A stretch of 32,000 bases of DNA from Delftia acidovorans NBRC 14950 (GCF_001598795.1 NZ_BCZP01000004.1:60001-92000), one strand, 5' to 3'. Counted from the stretch's first letter, positions 1 through 8,658 are shown. The notes: generated from the letters alone by a model not told the origin. Numbers and translations are program-made.

Positions 1-543
1 CACGCCGGGCGTCTGCCGGGCCACTTCCACCGCCGCGGCGCCCACGCCCGAACCGGCGCCCAGCACCAGCACCACATCGCCTTCCTGCAGGCGCGCGCGC
101 CAGTGCAGGGCCGTGTAGGCCGTGCCGTAGGACAGGGGAATGGGCAGGGCCTGCAGCCAGGGCATGCCCGCAGGCAGGCGGTAGACGGTGGATGCATGCA
201 CCACCGTTTCCTGCGCAAAGGCACCCCAGTCGGCAATGAAGGCCACGGCATCGCCGGGCTGCAGGTGCTGCACCGCGCTGCCGCATTCCAGCACGCGCCC
301 CACGCCTTCGGTGCCGGGCACGAAGGGCAGCGGCGGGCGCCGCTGGTAGCGGCCCTCGATCAGTAGGCCCGTGGCGTGGCTGACGTTGGCGTAGGCCACG
401 GCAATCCGCGCCTGGTGCGCGCCCAGGGGCTGGCCGGGCCGGTCCATGGACTGCAGGCTGACCACCTCGTGCGGCGCGCCGAATTGATTGCAGACCAGGG
501 CCTGCATGCGGGAGTGCGGGGATGGGGATGCCGGGGCGCTCAT
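1..543 (-). CDS. NADPH:quinone oxidoreductase / zinc-type alcohol dehydrogenase-like (MDR superfamily). Only the N-terminal 181 codons are present because the gene runs off the left edge.
   Basis: The reverse-complement frame is open from ATG (543-541) to position 1. It reads MSAPASPSPHSRMQALVCNQFGAPHEVVSLQ...PFVPGTEGVGRVLECGSAV...GDVVLVLGAGSGVGAAAVEVA, which shows a GroES-like ADH_N layout followed by a GxGxxG Rossmann start. Its ATG overlaps the stop of the upstream CoA-transferase (ATGA at 540-543). It is missing from the ORF track only because no stop lies inside the window. Confidence 0.8.
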   Translation of the reverse strand, partial: MSAPASPSPHSRMQALVCNQFGAPHEVVSLQSMDRPGQPLGAHQARIAVAYANVSHATGLLIEGRYQRRPPLPFVPGTEGVGRVLECGSAVQHLQPGDAVAFIADWGAFAQETVVHASTVYRLPAGMPWLQALPIPLSYGTAYTALHWRARLQEGDVVLVLGAGSGVGAAAVEVARQTPGV

Positions 544-1763
544 GCCATTTCCTCCGCCGCGCACTGGCGCACAACCTCACTGTCTATCAGTTGATCGATC
601 TCCTGCGGCGTGCAGCCGGCCTCGGCCAGGATCTGGCGCGTGTGCTCGCCCGTGCGCGGCGCGGCGCCAAGGGATGCACCGCAGGCTGCTGCGTCTGCCG
701 GCCAGGGTGATGCCGCATACAGCAGCGGCCCGAACCCGGGCTGCGCCAGCGTGGCGAACGATGCGCGGTGCACGGCCTGGGGGTGCGCCACCACGTCGGC
801 CAGCGTGCGCACGCCCGCATGCAGGGCGCCCTGCGCTGCCAGGCGCTGCTCCCAGTGGGCGCGCGGCTGCTGCGCCAGCAAGGCCTGCAGCCCGGCATGC
901 AGCACATGGCGGTGGGCCATGCGGCCCGCATTGGTGGCAAAGCGCGCGTCCTGCAGCCAGTGCGGCAGGTCCAGCGCGCGGCACAGCCGCTCGAACTGGT
1001 CGTTGTTCAGGGCCAGCACGGTGATGAAGCCATCGGCCGTGGCGAACACGCCGTTGGGGGCGCTCACGCCTTCGGCGGGCAGGCCGCCGCGCAGCGTGTC
1101 TTCGGCCAGCACCGTGGATTGCAGGGCGCAGCAGACCTCGAACAGGTTCAGCTCCACATGGCGCCCGCGCCCGCTGCGCGCCTTGCCCAGCAGGGCCGCC
1201 GTGCAGGCCTGTGCGGCGTAGACGCCGGCTGCGATGTCGGCCAGCAGCAGACCCACGCGCTGGGGCTGGCCCTGCGCGTCGCGGTTGCTGGTCATCAAGC
1301 CCGTGTCCGCCTGCATGACGGAGTCGGTGGCGGGCCGGTCCGCATACGGCCCCGTGGGTCCGTAGCCGCTGATGGAGACGTACACCGGGTCCAGGCCGGC
1401 CGCGCGCATGCTGTCGTAGTCCACGCCCATGCGCTGCACGACCTGGGGGCGGAAGTTCTGCACCACGATGTCGGCCTCGCGCGCCAGCCGCAGCAGCAGC
1501 GCGCGCCCCTGGGCCTGGCGCGCATCGACGGCAATGCTGCGCTTGCCCGCGTTGTAGGTGGCCGACAGGCTGCTGTGCCCATCGCGCGAGATGCCCACGT
1601 GGCGCGCCCAGTCGCCTTCGGGCGGATCGACCTTGATCACCTCGGCGCCCTGGCGCGACAGCAGGTGGGTGCAGTAGGGGCCGGCCACGCCCTGGCTCAG
1701 ATCGAGCACACGGTAGTGCGCCAGGGGCGCCGGCGGCGCGGTTTGCAAAGCTTCTTGGTTCAC
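540..1763 (-). CDS. Family III CoA-transferase (CaiB/BaiF type)
   Basis: 407-aa ORF. The N-terminus YRVLDLSQGVAGPYCTHLLSRQGAEVIKVDPPEGD is the characteristic CaiB/BaiF signature. The apparent start is GTG at 1763. G/C-rich third codon positions support this frame. Confidence 0.9.
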   Translation of the reverse strand: MNQEALQTAPPAPLAHYRVLDLSQGVAGPYCTHLLSRQGAEVIKVDPPEGDWARHVGISRDGHSSLSATYNAGKRSIAVDARQAQGRALLLRLAREADIVVQNFRPQVVQRMGVDYDSMRAAGLDPVYVSISGYGPTGPYADRPATDSVMQADTGLMTSNRDAQGQPQRVGLLLADIAAGVYAAQACTAALLGKARSGRGRHVELNLFEVCCALQSTVLAEDTLRGGLPAEGVSAPNGVFATADGFITVLALNNDQFERLCRALDLPHWLQDARFATNAGRMAHRHVLHAGLQALLAQQPRAHWEQRLAAQGALHAGVRTLADVVAHPQAVHRASFATLAQPGFGPLLYAASPWPADAAACGASLGAAPRTGEHTRQILAEAGCTPQEIDQLIDSEVVRQCAAEEMA

Positions 1764-1895
1764 GGTCTGCGGCCTTTCGCCATGGTTTCCTCCATGCTAG
1801 GGAGGCAGGGCAGGCGCCACAATCCTCGCCAGCAGGCCAGGCCTGGTGACTCCCGATCAACAATGGCCGGCCCCGGCCCTGCAAAGAATGCCGAG

Positions 1896-2843
1896 ATGGA
1901 CCTGAACCTGTGCCGCGTCTTCATCGACATCGCCGAGGCCAAGAGCCTCACGCGGGCGGCCGAGCGCGGCGGCATGACGCGCTCCAACGTCTCGCGCCGG
2001 CTGCGTGCGCTGGAGACCGAGATGGGCACGCAGCTGCTGCGCCGCACCACGCGCAATGTGGAGCTCACCCAGGCCGGCCAGCTGCTGTACCGGCGCTGCC
2101 TGGCCATGATGGAGGAGCTGCAGCGCGCCCGCGATGCCATCCACCAGCTGCGCTCCACCGTGAGCGGCGAGGTGGGCGTGCGCGTGCCCACCGGCTTCGG
2201 GCATTTCTATCTCAAGCCCCTGATCCTGGGCTTTTGCCGCGAGCATCCCGACATCCGCCTGCGCCTGCTGATCAACGACCAGATGGCCGACCTCGTGGCC
2301 TCCAAGGTCGATCTGGCGGTGCAGATCACCTCCGCGCCGCTGGACGATCTGGTGGCCACGCGGCTGTGCGATGTGCGCTGGAACTTCGTCGCCACACCCG
2401 CCTGCCTGCAGGCGCTGGAGCAGTCGCTGGGCCGGCCACTGCGCGCGCCTGCCGACCTGCTGCAGGCCCGCCTCATCCTGCCGCTGGCCATGGGCGGCAG
2501 GCTGGCCTGGCTGACCGGCAGCGGCGACGATGGCGTCGCCGCTGCCCTCGATGTGCTGCCCTCGCTGCAATCGGGCGACTACCGCCTTCTGTACGACGCC
2601 GTGCTGGACGGCCTGGGCCTGGCCCTGCTGCCCGACTACGTGACCTCGGCCGCGCTGGCCGGCGGCACCCTGGTGGCCGTGCTGGACCAGGTGGTGTTCT
2701 CCGGCCTGGGCAATGCCATGTACCTGGTGCGCATGCCCGACCGCCAGCCCACCATGGCGGCCCGCGCCTTCCAGCAGTTCCTGCGCGAGGCCATCGTCAC
2801 CGCCGCACCCAGCTGGCAGGCGGGCGCGGACCTGTCTTCCTAG
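1896..2843 (+). CDS. LysR-family transcriptional regulator
   Basis: This is the C-terminal part of track ORF 768..2843. MDLNLCRVFIDIAEAKSLTRAAERGGMTRSNVSRRLRALETEMGTQLLRRTTRNVELTQAG is a typical LysR wHTH N-terminus. The 376 codons upstream of it are antisense to the CaiB gene and were discarded. The gene is divergent from 540..1763. Confidence 0.9.
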   Translation: MDLNLCRVFIDIAEAKSLTRAAERGGMTRSNVSRRLRALETEMGTQLLRRTTRNVELTQAGQLLYRRCLAMMEELQRARDAIHQLRSTVSGEVGVRVPTGFGHFYLKPLILGFCREHPDIRLRLLINDQMADLVASKVDLAVQITSAPLDDLVATRLCDVRWNFVATPACLQALEQSLGRPLRAPADLLQARLILPLAMGGRLAWLTGSGDDGVAAALDVLPSLQSGDYRLLYDAVLDGLGLALLPDYVTSAALAGGTLVAVLDQVVFSGLGNAMYLVRMPDRQPTMAARAFQQFLREAIVTAAPSWQAGADLSS

Positions 2844-2998
2844 GACGTCCTAACAGCCGGCAAACCCCGGCTTAGGCAAAAGCAGATTCCCAAGAAGCGC
2901 CGGCGTGCGCACCATTGCCTGCATGTCCGGCGCAGACCGGGCGCGCCGCCGTGCAGGCCACGGCAGCGCTTCATTCATTTTTTGCAGGAGACATGCAC

Positions 2999-4006
2999 AT
3001 GCCCGCCCAACACCGCCGCAAGGCCCTGGCCACCCTGGCCTATGCCCCGCTTCTGGCGTCCCTGGTGACCGCCCTGGCCACCCTGAGCGCCCTCCCCGCC
3101 GCCGCGCAGGACGCGCAGCCCGTGCGCCTCATCGTGGGCTACTCGGCCGGTGGCCCCGTGGACCAGGGCGCCCGCCTGCTCAGCGTGGCGCTGACCAAGG
3201 AGCTGGGCGCCTCGGTGGTGGTGGAGAACAAGCCCGGCGCCAACGCCACCATGGCCGGCAGCGAGGTCGTGCGCGCCAAGCCCGATGGCCTCACGCTGTG
3301 GTTCGCGGCCAGCCCCACCATCACCATCAGCCCCAACGTGATGAGCAAGATGTCCTTCGACCCGGCCCGTGACCTCACGCCCGTGGCGCCCGTGCTCAGC
3401 TACTACAACGTGCTGGTGGTCAACAACAACGAGCCCTACAAGACCACGGCCGAACTCGTGGCCTATGCCAAGGCCCATCCGCAAAAGCTCAACTACGGCT
3501 CGGCCGGCGTGGGCGGCTCCAACCACCTGGGCGCGCTGCTGTTCGCGCGGCGCAGCGGCATCGAGATGAACCACATCCCCTACAAGGGCAACGCACCGGC
3601 CATGACCGACGTGATCGGCGGCCAGCTGAGCATGATGCTGGACATCATCAGCACCGCCAGCACCTACATCCAGAGCGGCAAGGTGCGCGCCGTGGCCGTG
3701 ACCTCGCCGCAGCGCAATGCCTCGCTGCCCGATGTGCCCACCTTTGCCGAGTCCGGCATCGAAGGCCTCAAGGGCTTCGACGTGGGCGGCTGGTATGGCG
3801 TCTACGGCCCCAAGGGCATGTCGCCTGAACTCGTGGCCCGCCTGAACAAGTCCATCAACGCCGCCCTGGCCCAGCCGGAGCTGCGCAAGCGCCTCAAGGA
3901 ACTGGGCTACGAAGAGTGGACCGGCGCCCCCCAGAAACTGGCCGAGCGCGGTGCCAAGGAGCGCGCGATGTGGGCCACCGTCACGCAAGGAATCGTGGTG
4001 GACTGA
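2999..4006 (+). CDS. Bug-family (tripartite tricarboxylate transporter, TctC-like) periplasmic solute-binding protein
   Basis: The ORF has a signal-peptide-like N-terminus (ALATLAYAPLLASLVTALATLSALPAAAQD). It then reads PVRLIVGYSAGGPVD...NHIPYKGNAPAMTDVIGGQL, the Bug/TctC hallmark. AGGAG at 2986-2990 favours the ATG at 2999 over those at 2993 or 2915. Confidence 0.88.
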   Translation: MPAQHRRKALATLAYAPLLASLVTALATLSALPAAAQDAQPVRLIVGYSAGGPVDQGARLLSVALTKELGASVVVENKPGANATMAGSEVVRAKPDGLTLWFAASPTITISPNVMSKMSFDPARDLTPVAPVLSYYNVLVVNNNEPYKTTAELVAYAKAHPQKLNYGSAGVGGSNHLGALLFARRSGIEMNHIPYKGNAPAMTDVIGGQLSMMLDIISTASTYIQSGKVRAVAVTSPQRNASLPDVPTFAESGIEGLKGFDVGGWYGVYGPKGMSPELVARLNKSINAALAQPELRKRLKELGYEEWTGAPQKLAERGAKERAMWATVTQGIVVD

Positions 4007-4110
4007 CACCCCCTGAGTCGCTTCGCGCCTTCCCCCTGAAAGGGGGACGACACCCTCGGTGCGGGGCGGCGCGGCCGGCGTAGGCCCTTCCTCGGTGTCT
4101 CTGAGTGGGG
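4007..4110 (+). repeat. Intergenic palindromic repeat element (REP-like), copy A. It begins directly after the Bug stop codon.
   Basis: The element reads CACCCCCTGAG...TCCCCCT-GAA-AGGGGGA (7-bp stem, 4031-4047)...GACGACACCCTCGGTGCGGGGCGGC...CCCTTCCTCGGTGTCTC. The same modules occur in the same order at 17522-17660. Confidence 0.65.
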
Positions 4111-4136
4111 CCGCACCATTTTGCAAAGGCCATGCC

Positions 4137-5657
4137 ATGGCATCCATGAATCAACGAATACACCATCTGCTGGACCGCTGGCTGGCCGAAGCGCCGCAGC
4201 GTCCCTTCATCCACCTGCCCGACGGCAGCAGCCTGAGCTTTGCCGATCTGGGCGCGCTGGCGGACACGGCCGAGGCCGAGCTGCGCGCGCTGCAGGTGCG
4301 GCCCGGCGACCGCGTGCTGGTCGTGGCCGAGAACTGCCCCGAGCATGCGGCGCTGATCCTGGCCTGCAGCCGCGTGGGCGCCTGGTCCTGCGGCGTGAAC
4401 GCGCGCATGGCGCCCGGCGAGATCGATGCCTTTGCGGCCAAGGCCGATGCGCGCGTGGTGTATTTCACCTCGGCCGCATCGGACAGCGCCAGCGGCCACG
4501 CGCGGCGCTTTGGCGCAGGCGACTCGGCCCTGGCCGGCATGCAGCACAGCCCGGTGCGCGCGCAGGCGGTGGCCGAATCCGGTGCGCTGCAGGACGAGGT
4601 GGCGGCGCTGATCTTCACCTCGGGCACCACGGGCACGCCCAAGGGCGTGATGGTGGGGCATGACGCGCTGACGCTGTTCGCTCGCGTCTCGGCCGCATCG
4701 CGCGGCCTGGGTCCGCAGGACCGCAGCTATGCCTTCGTGCCCATGACCCACATCTTCGGTCTGGGCACGGTGCTGCTGGCCTCGCTGTATGCGGGCGCGC
4801 AGATGGTGATGCGCCCGCAGTTCGACCCCGCCGATCTTCTGGATGCGCTGGCCCGCCACGGCATCTCCCAGTTGCAGGGGCCGCCTGCGCTGTACGCGCG
4901 CCTGCTGGCCTATCTGCAGGAGCAAGGCATTGCCCACCCGCAGGCGCCTGCGCTGCGCTATGTCTATACCGGCGCAGGCCCGCTGGACCTGACGCTGAAA
5001 AAGCGCGTGGAGGCCGCCTTCGGCCAGGCGCTGCACCATGGCTACGGCCTGTCGGAATACGCAGGGTCGGTCCACCTCACGCGCCAGGGCGAGCAGCGGC
5101 CCGACACCAGCGCGGGCTACGTGGTGGAAGGCGCGGAAGTGCGCGCCGTGGACCCGGCCACGGGCCGCAGCCTGCCGGTGGGCGAGCGCGGCGAGCTGTG
5201 GATACGCGGGCGCGGCCTGATGCACGGCTACTTCCGCGATGACCAGGCCACGGCCAGCGTGATGCGCGAGGGCGGCTGGTACGCCAGCGGCGACCTGGGC
5301 GAGCTGCATGCCGACGGCGCACTCTTCGTGGTGGGGCGGCTCAAGGAAATGATCATCCGCTCGGGCTTCAACGTCTATCCGGCCGAGGTGGAACTGGCGC
5401 TCAACGAGCTGCCCGGCGTGCAGCGCAGCGCCGTGGTCGGGCGGCCCGAGAGCGATGGCAACGAAGAGGTCATCGCCTTTGTCGAGCTGCAGCCCGGCGC
5501 CACGCTGGACAGCGCCGCAGCGCGCTCCCACCTGCGCGAACGGCTGGCGCCCTACAAGCTGCCCGCCCGCATCGTGCCCCTGGCCGAGCTGCCCACCAGC
5601 CCCAACGGCAAGGTGCTCAAGCGCCTGCTGCAGGAACAGGCGCTGCGCGTTTCCTGA
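4137..5657 (+). CDS. AMP-dependent synthetase/ligase (acyl-CoA synthetase, ANL superfamily)
   Basis: Motifs present: LIFTSGTTGTPKGVMV (AMP-binding motif I), GYGLSEYAG, WYASGDLG...GRLKEMIIRSGFNVYPAEVE and C-terminal PNGKV. The start was placed at MASMNQ (4137) because 4059-4110 is occupied by the repeat element. Confidence 0.9.
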   Translation: MASMNQRIHHLLDRWLAEAPQRPFIHLPDGSSLSFADLGALADTAEAELRALQVRPGDRVLVVAENCPEHAALILACSRVGAWSCGVNARMAPGEIDAFAAKADARVVYFTSAASDSASGHARRFGAGDSALAGMQHSPVRAQAVAESGALQDEVAALIFTSGTTGTPKGVMVGHDALTLFARVSAASRGLGPQDRSYAFVPMTHIFGLGTVLLASLYAGAQMVMRPQFDPADLLDALARHGISQLQGPPALYARLLAYLQEQGIAHPQAPALRYVYTGAGPLDLTLKKRVEAAFGQALHHGYGLSEYAGSVHLTRQGEQRPDTSAGYVVEGAEVRAVDPATGRSLPVGERGELWIRGRGLMHGYFRDDQATASVMREGGWYASGDLGELHADGALFVVGRLKEMIIRSGFNVYPAEVELALNELPGVQRSAVVGRPESDGNEEVIAFVELQPGATLDSAAARSHLRERLAPYKLPARIVPLAELPTSPNGKVLKRLLQEQALRVS

Positions 5658-5674
5658 GCCCGGGCCGCCCAGCA

Positions 5675-5712
5675 GTTGCGCCGGCACCGCTGCCGGTGCA
5701 ACCTTTGTCTTG
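5675..5712 (+). terminator. Probable intrinsic terminator of the acyl-CoA synthetase gene
   Basis: The hairpin is GTTGC-G-CCGGCA/CCGC/TGCCGG-T-GCAAC: a 12-bp stem including one G.U pair, with a 4-nt loop. It starts 18 nt after the stop and is followed by CTTTGTCTTG. Confidence 0.55.
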
Positions 5713-6011
5713 CCTGCCCCTTCCCTGCCCCATGTCCGGATGTGCGCACGCGCCACTGCCTTCCGGAACCGGCCTCTGCAGCATGGACGCAACACCCCTA
5801 CATTGCGCATCCGCAGGCCTTGCACCCCATCCTTCATGATGTAAAACTATGGCACTCAATGTTTCAATAGTTTTAACAAATTCATTATTTTTTTGCCTGC
5901 CTTGGCCTTGGCTGCAGTTACCGGATCCATCGTGAGATGCATCCCGGCGTGTCGGCCCGGATCTGCACAGGGCATGCATCCTCACCCCCCGCAACCACAT
6001 GAATCAAGCCC

Positions 6012-6983
6012 ATGAAAAGAATCCTCAGCCTGTTTCTCGGAGGTATTTTCCTGGTCGCTGCCAGCCTGGTTCATGCGGCCTGGCCAGACCGGCAGATCAC
6101 GCTGGTTGTACCTTTCCCGGCAGGCGGTGGCACTGATGTCGTGGGGCGCATCATCGCCAAGGAGCTTGCACAACGCCTGCGCGTCAACGTGGTGGTGGAA
6201 AACCGCCCTGGCGCCTCGGGCAACATCGGCGCGCGCCAGGTCTCCAAGGCCAGTCCCGATGGATATACGCTGCTGATCTGCACCACGGCCCAGACCATCT
6301 CGGGCGCGCTGTACACGCAGGCCGGGTATGACGTGGCCAACGACCTGGAAGCCATCTCCACCATCAACGACAGTCCCCTGGTGCTCATCACACGCCCGGG
6401 CCTGCAGCTGTCGTCGGTGCAGGACCTGATCGAGCTGGCGCGGCGCAGCCCCGGCAAGCTGACCTATGCAACGCCGGGCTATGGCAGCGCGGGCCACATG
6501 GCGGCCGAGGCCCTGAGTCTGGCCGCCGACATGCGCATGCTGCACATCCCCTACCAGGGCGCCGCGCCCATGATGGCCGACCTGGTCAGCGGCCAGGTCG
6601 ATATCGCCTTCGACCTGCTGATCACGGCCAAGCAGTATGTGAACCAGGGCAAGGTCAATCGCGTGGGCGTGGCCACGCGCGAGCGCTCGCCCCTCATGCC
6701 CGACTGGCAGACGCTCAGCGAGCAAAGCCCGGCCCGGCTCGGCAATTTCAACGAGACCTCATGGAATGTGCTCATGGCACCCAAGGGCACGCCGGCCGCG
6801 ATAGTGAACGCCATCAATGCACAGATGAAAAATATCCTGGCCGATGAAAAGGTGCAGCGCAAATTCATGGAGCTTGGCAGCATTCCCCTTTGGAAATCCG
6901 TGGACAGCACCAAGGCATTCGTATCCGACGACGCCAGAAAATGGAGAAAGGTGGTCAGTGATGCCGGCATCGCGAAAATCTGA
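6012..6983 (+). CDS. Bug-family (TctC-like) periplasmic solute-binding protein
   Basis: Signal peptide MKRILSLFLGGIFLVAASLVHA, then ITLVVPFPAGGGTDVVGR...LHIPYQGAAPMMADLVSGQV. Many codons end in A or T, unlike the neighbouring genes. Confidence 0.9.
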   Translation: MKRILSLFLGGIFLVAASLVHAAWPDRQITLVVPFPAGGGTDVVGRIIAKELAQRLRVNVVVENRPGASGNIGARQVSKASPDGYTLLICTTAQTISGALYTQAGYDVANDLEAISTINDSPLVLITRPGLQLSSVQDLIELARRSPGKLTYATPGYGSAGHMAAEALSLAADMRMLHIPYQGAAPMMADLVSGQVDIAFDLLITAKQYVNQGKVNRVGVATRERSPLMPDWQTLSEQSPARLGNFNETSWNVLMAPKGTPAAIVNAINAQMKNILADEKVQRKFMELGSIPLWKSVDSTKAFVSDDARKWRKVVSDAGIAKI

Positions 6984-7221
6984 AATACCCCCTTCGCCGC
7001 AGAAACTGGCAGGGCCCGATGTCAATGCGCTGCACGAATTGCTCAATGCGCTGAAAAAGCACGGCATCGACATCCCCTTCGAGCGGCTGGGACCCATCCT
7101 GGCGGAGCACCAGTTGCTGATGGAGCACCGCGGCCTCGTCAACGAACTGGCGCATGAGGCGGGTCCCTCGCACATCCACACCACCATTTCCCGTCAGAGC
7201 AACCATGCGCGGCAGTCCTGA
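6961..7221 (+). CDS. Small hypothetical protein (86 aa). It may be an amidase-associated accessory subunit of the AtzG/GatC-like class.
   Basis: The ATG at 6961 sits 6 nt after AAAGGTGG (6947-6954). The ORF overlaps the Bug 3' end by 23 nt and the amidase 5' end by 17 nt. The sequence is predicted helical (VNALHELLNALKKHGIDIPFERLGPILAEHQLLMEHRGLVNEL). The functional call is inference only. Confidence 0.5.
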   Translation: MPASRKSEIPPSPQKLAGPDVNALHELLNALKKHGIDIPFERLGPILAEHQLLMEHRGLVNELAHEAGPSHIHTTISRQSNHARQS

Positions 7222-8596
7222 ACTTTCCATACGGCAGATGGCCAGCGCGCTGCGCGCCGGCAAGACCACCTCTGAGATGCTGGCCCGGGCGGCGCTGGGA
7301 CGCATCCGCGCCATGGACATCGACATCCATGCCTTCACCAATCTCGATGCCAGCGGTGCCATGGAGGCTGCGCGCAGCGCAGACATGGCACGCGCCGAAA
7401 GCGCCGACCTGCCGCTGCTCCATGGCATTCCCGTGGCCATCAAGGACGTCTACGACGTGGCCGGCCTGCCGACCACCTGCCAGTCCTGGCTGAGCCTGGA
7501 CTATGTGCCCGAGGAGGATTCCACGCCGGTGCGGCGCCTGCGCGATGCCGGCGCCATCATCCTGGGCAAGCTGGCCACGCACGAGTTCGCCATCGGCGCG
7601 CCCAGCCCCGACCTGCCGTTTCCCGCGGCCCGCAACCCCTGGGACCTGGCCCATATCCCGGGCGGATCGTCGTCGGGCTCGGGCGCCGCCATTGCGGCGG
7701 GCTTCACACGGCTGGCCCTGGGCACCTGCACGGGCGGCTCCATCCTCATACCGGCCGCCTGGTGCGGCGCCGTGGGGCTGAAACCCACCTACGGCCGCGT
7801 CTCCAAGCACGGCGTGTTTCCGCTGGCCTGGACGCTGGACCACTGCGGCCCGCTGTCGCGCAGCGTGGAGGATGCGGCCATCGCGCTGCAGGTGCTGGCC
7901 GGGCACGACCCGCTGGACCCGGCCAGCTCCACCGAACCCGTGGACGACTACTGCACGGGGCTTGAGCAGGGCGTGAAGGGCCTGACCATCGGCGTGCCGC
8001 AGGACCACTTCCAGTCGTCGCCCCAGGCATCGCCCACGTTCCTTTCGGCCTTCGATCGCACGGCCGCCCTGCTGGCCGAGGCCGGCGCCCGTCCCATCCA
8101 CGTGAGCCTGCCCCACAGCCAGCAGTTCCTGGCGGCCGGCCGCGTCATCCTCAGTGCCGAGATGTTCACCATCCATGCGCAGGACCTGCGCTCGCGCCCG
8201 CTGGACTATGGCGAGCTCACGGCGGCGCGGCTGCTGCTGGGCGCCACCGTGTCCTCGGAGGACTACCTGAACGCCCTGCGCGTGCGCCGCATGCTGGCGG
8301 CCCGCGTGGACGCGGCCCTGGACCGCTGCGACGTGCTGCTGACCGCCATCACCCTGGATACGGCGCCGCGCTTCGACCCCATGCCGCATTTCCGCCACTG
8401 GCCGGTGCAGACCCATGCCTTCAACGTGACCGGGCACCCGGCCATCAGCGTGCCGGTGGGCCTGTCACCGCAAGGCCTGCCGCTGGCCGTGCAGGTGGTG
8501 GGACGCTACTTCGACGAGGCCCGCCTCCTGCAGGTGGCCCGGGCCATCGAGCGGCTGACCGGCTGGGAAAACCAGCTGCTGCCCGACGGCACCTGA
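7205..8596 (+). CDS. Amidase-signature (AS) family amidase
   Basis: Motifs VAIKDVYDVAG (catalytic Lys) and GGSSSGSGAAIAAGF...GTCTGGSILIPAAWCGAVGLKPTYGRVS (Ser-cisSer signature). The start was placed at MRGSPELSIRQMASALRAG, upstream of the conserved N-terminal helix. Confidence 0.9.
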   Translation: MRGSPELSIRQMASALRAGKTTSEMLARAALGRIRAMDIDIHAFTNLDASGAMEAARSADMARAESADLPLLHGIPVAIKDVYDVAGLPTTCQSWLSLDYVPEEDSTPVRRLRDAGAIILGKLATHEFAIGAPSPDLPFPAARNPWDLAHIPGGSSSGSGAAIAAGFTRLALGTCTGGSILIPAAWCGAVGLKPTYGRVSKHGVFPLAWTLDHCGPLSRSVEDAAIALQVLAGHDPLDPASSTEPVDDYCTGLEQGVKGLTIGVPQDHFQSSPQASPTFLSAFDRTAALLAEAGARPIHVSLPHSQQFLAAGRVILSAEMFTIHAQDLRSRPLDYGELTAARLLLGATVSSEDYLNALRVRRMLAARVDAALDRCDVLLTAITLDTAPRFDPMPHFRHWPVQTHAFNVTGHPAISVPVGLSPQGLPLAVQVVGRYFDEARLLQVARAIERLTGWENQLLPDGT

Positions 8597-8658
8597 CCGC
8601 CGTGCTTGGCTTGGACACAGCCGCAGCAGCAGCCCCGGTCCTCGCTATCAGCCTGACC

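Noticed and set aside
768-1895. The N-terminal 376 codons of the 691-aa track ORF 768..2843
   Set aside because: This part is antisense to the well-supported CaiB-type gene (540..1763). Its composition is the Arg/Gly/Ala/His-rich pattern typical of off-frame high-GC sequence. A canonical LysR N-terminus starts at 1896.
3981-5837. 618-aa minus-strand ORF
   Set aside because: It is fully antisense to the acyl-CoA synthetase and has no recognisable motifs. Long antisense ORFs are expected at this G+C content because stop codons are A/T-rich.
5850-5865. Sigma-54-like element TGGCAC-N5-GTTTC in the AT-rich patch upstream of the second Bug gene
   Set aside because: The -24 half is perfect, but the essential -12 GC dinucleotide is missing (TT in its place). 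No enhancer-binding protein gene is nearby.
5676-5870. Cys-rich 64-aa ORF in the spacer after the acyl-CoA synthetase
   Set aside because: It overlaps the predicted terminator hairpin, has no SD, and runs from G/C-rich into A/T-rich sequence without a coding-like third-position pattern.
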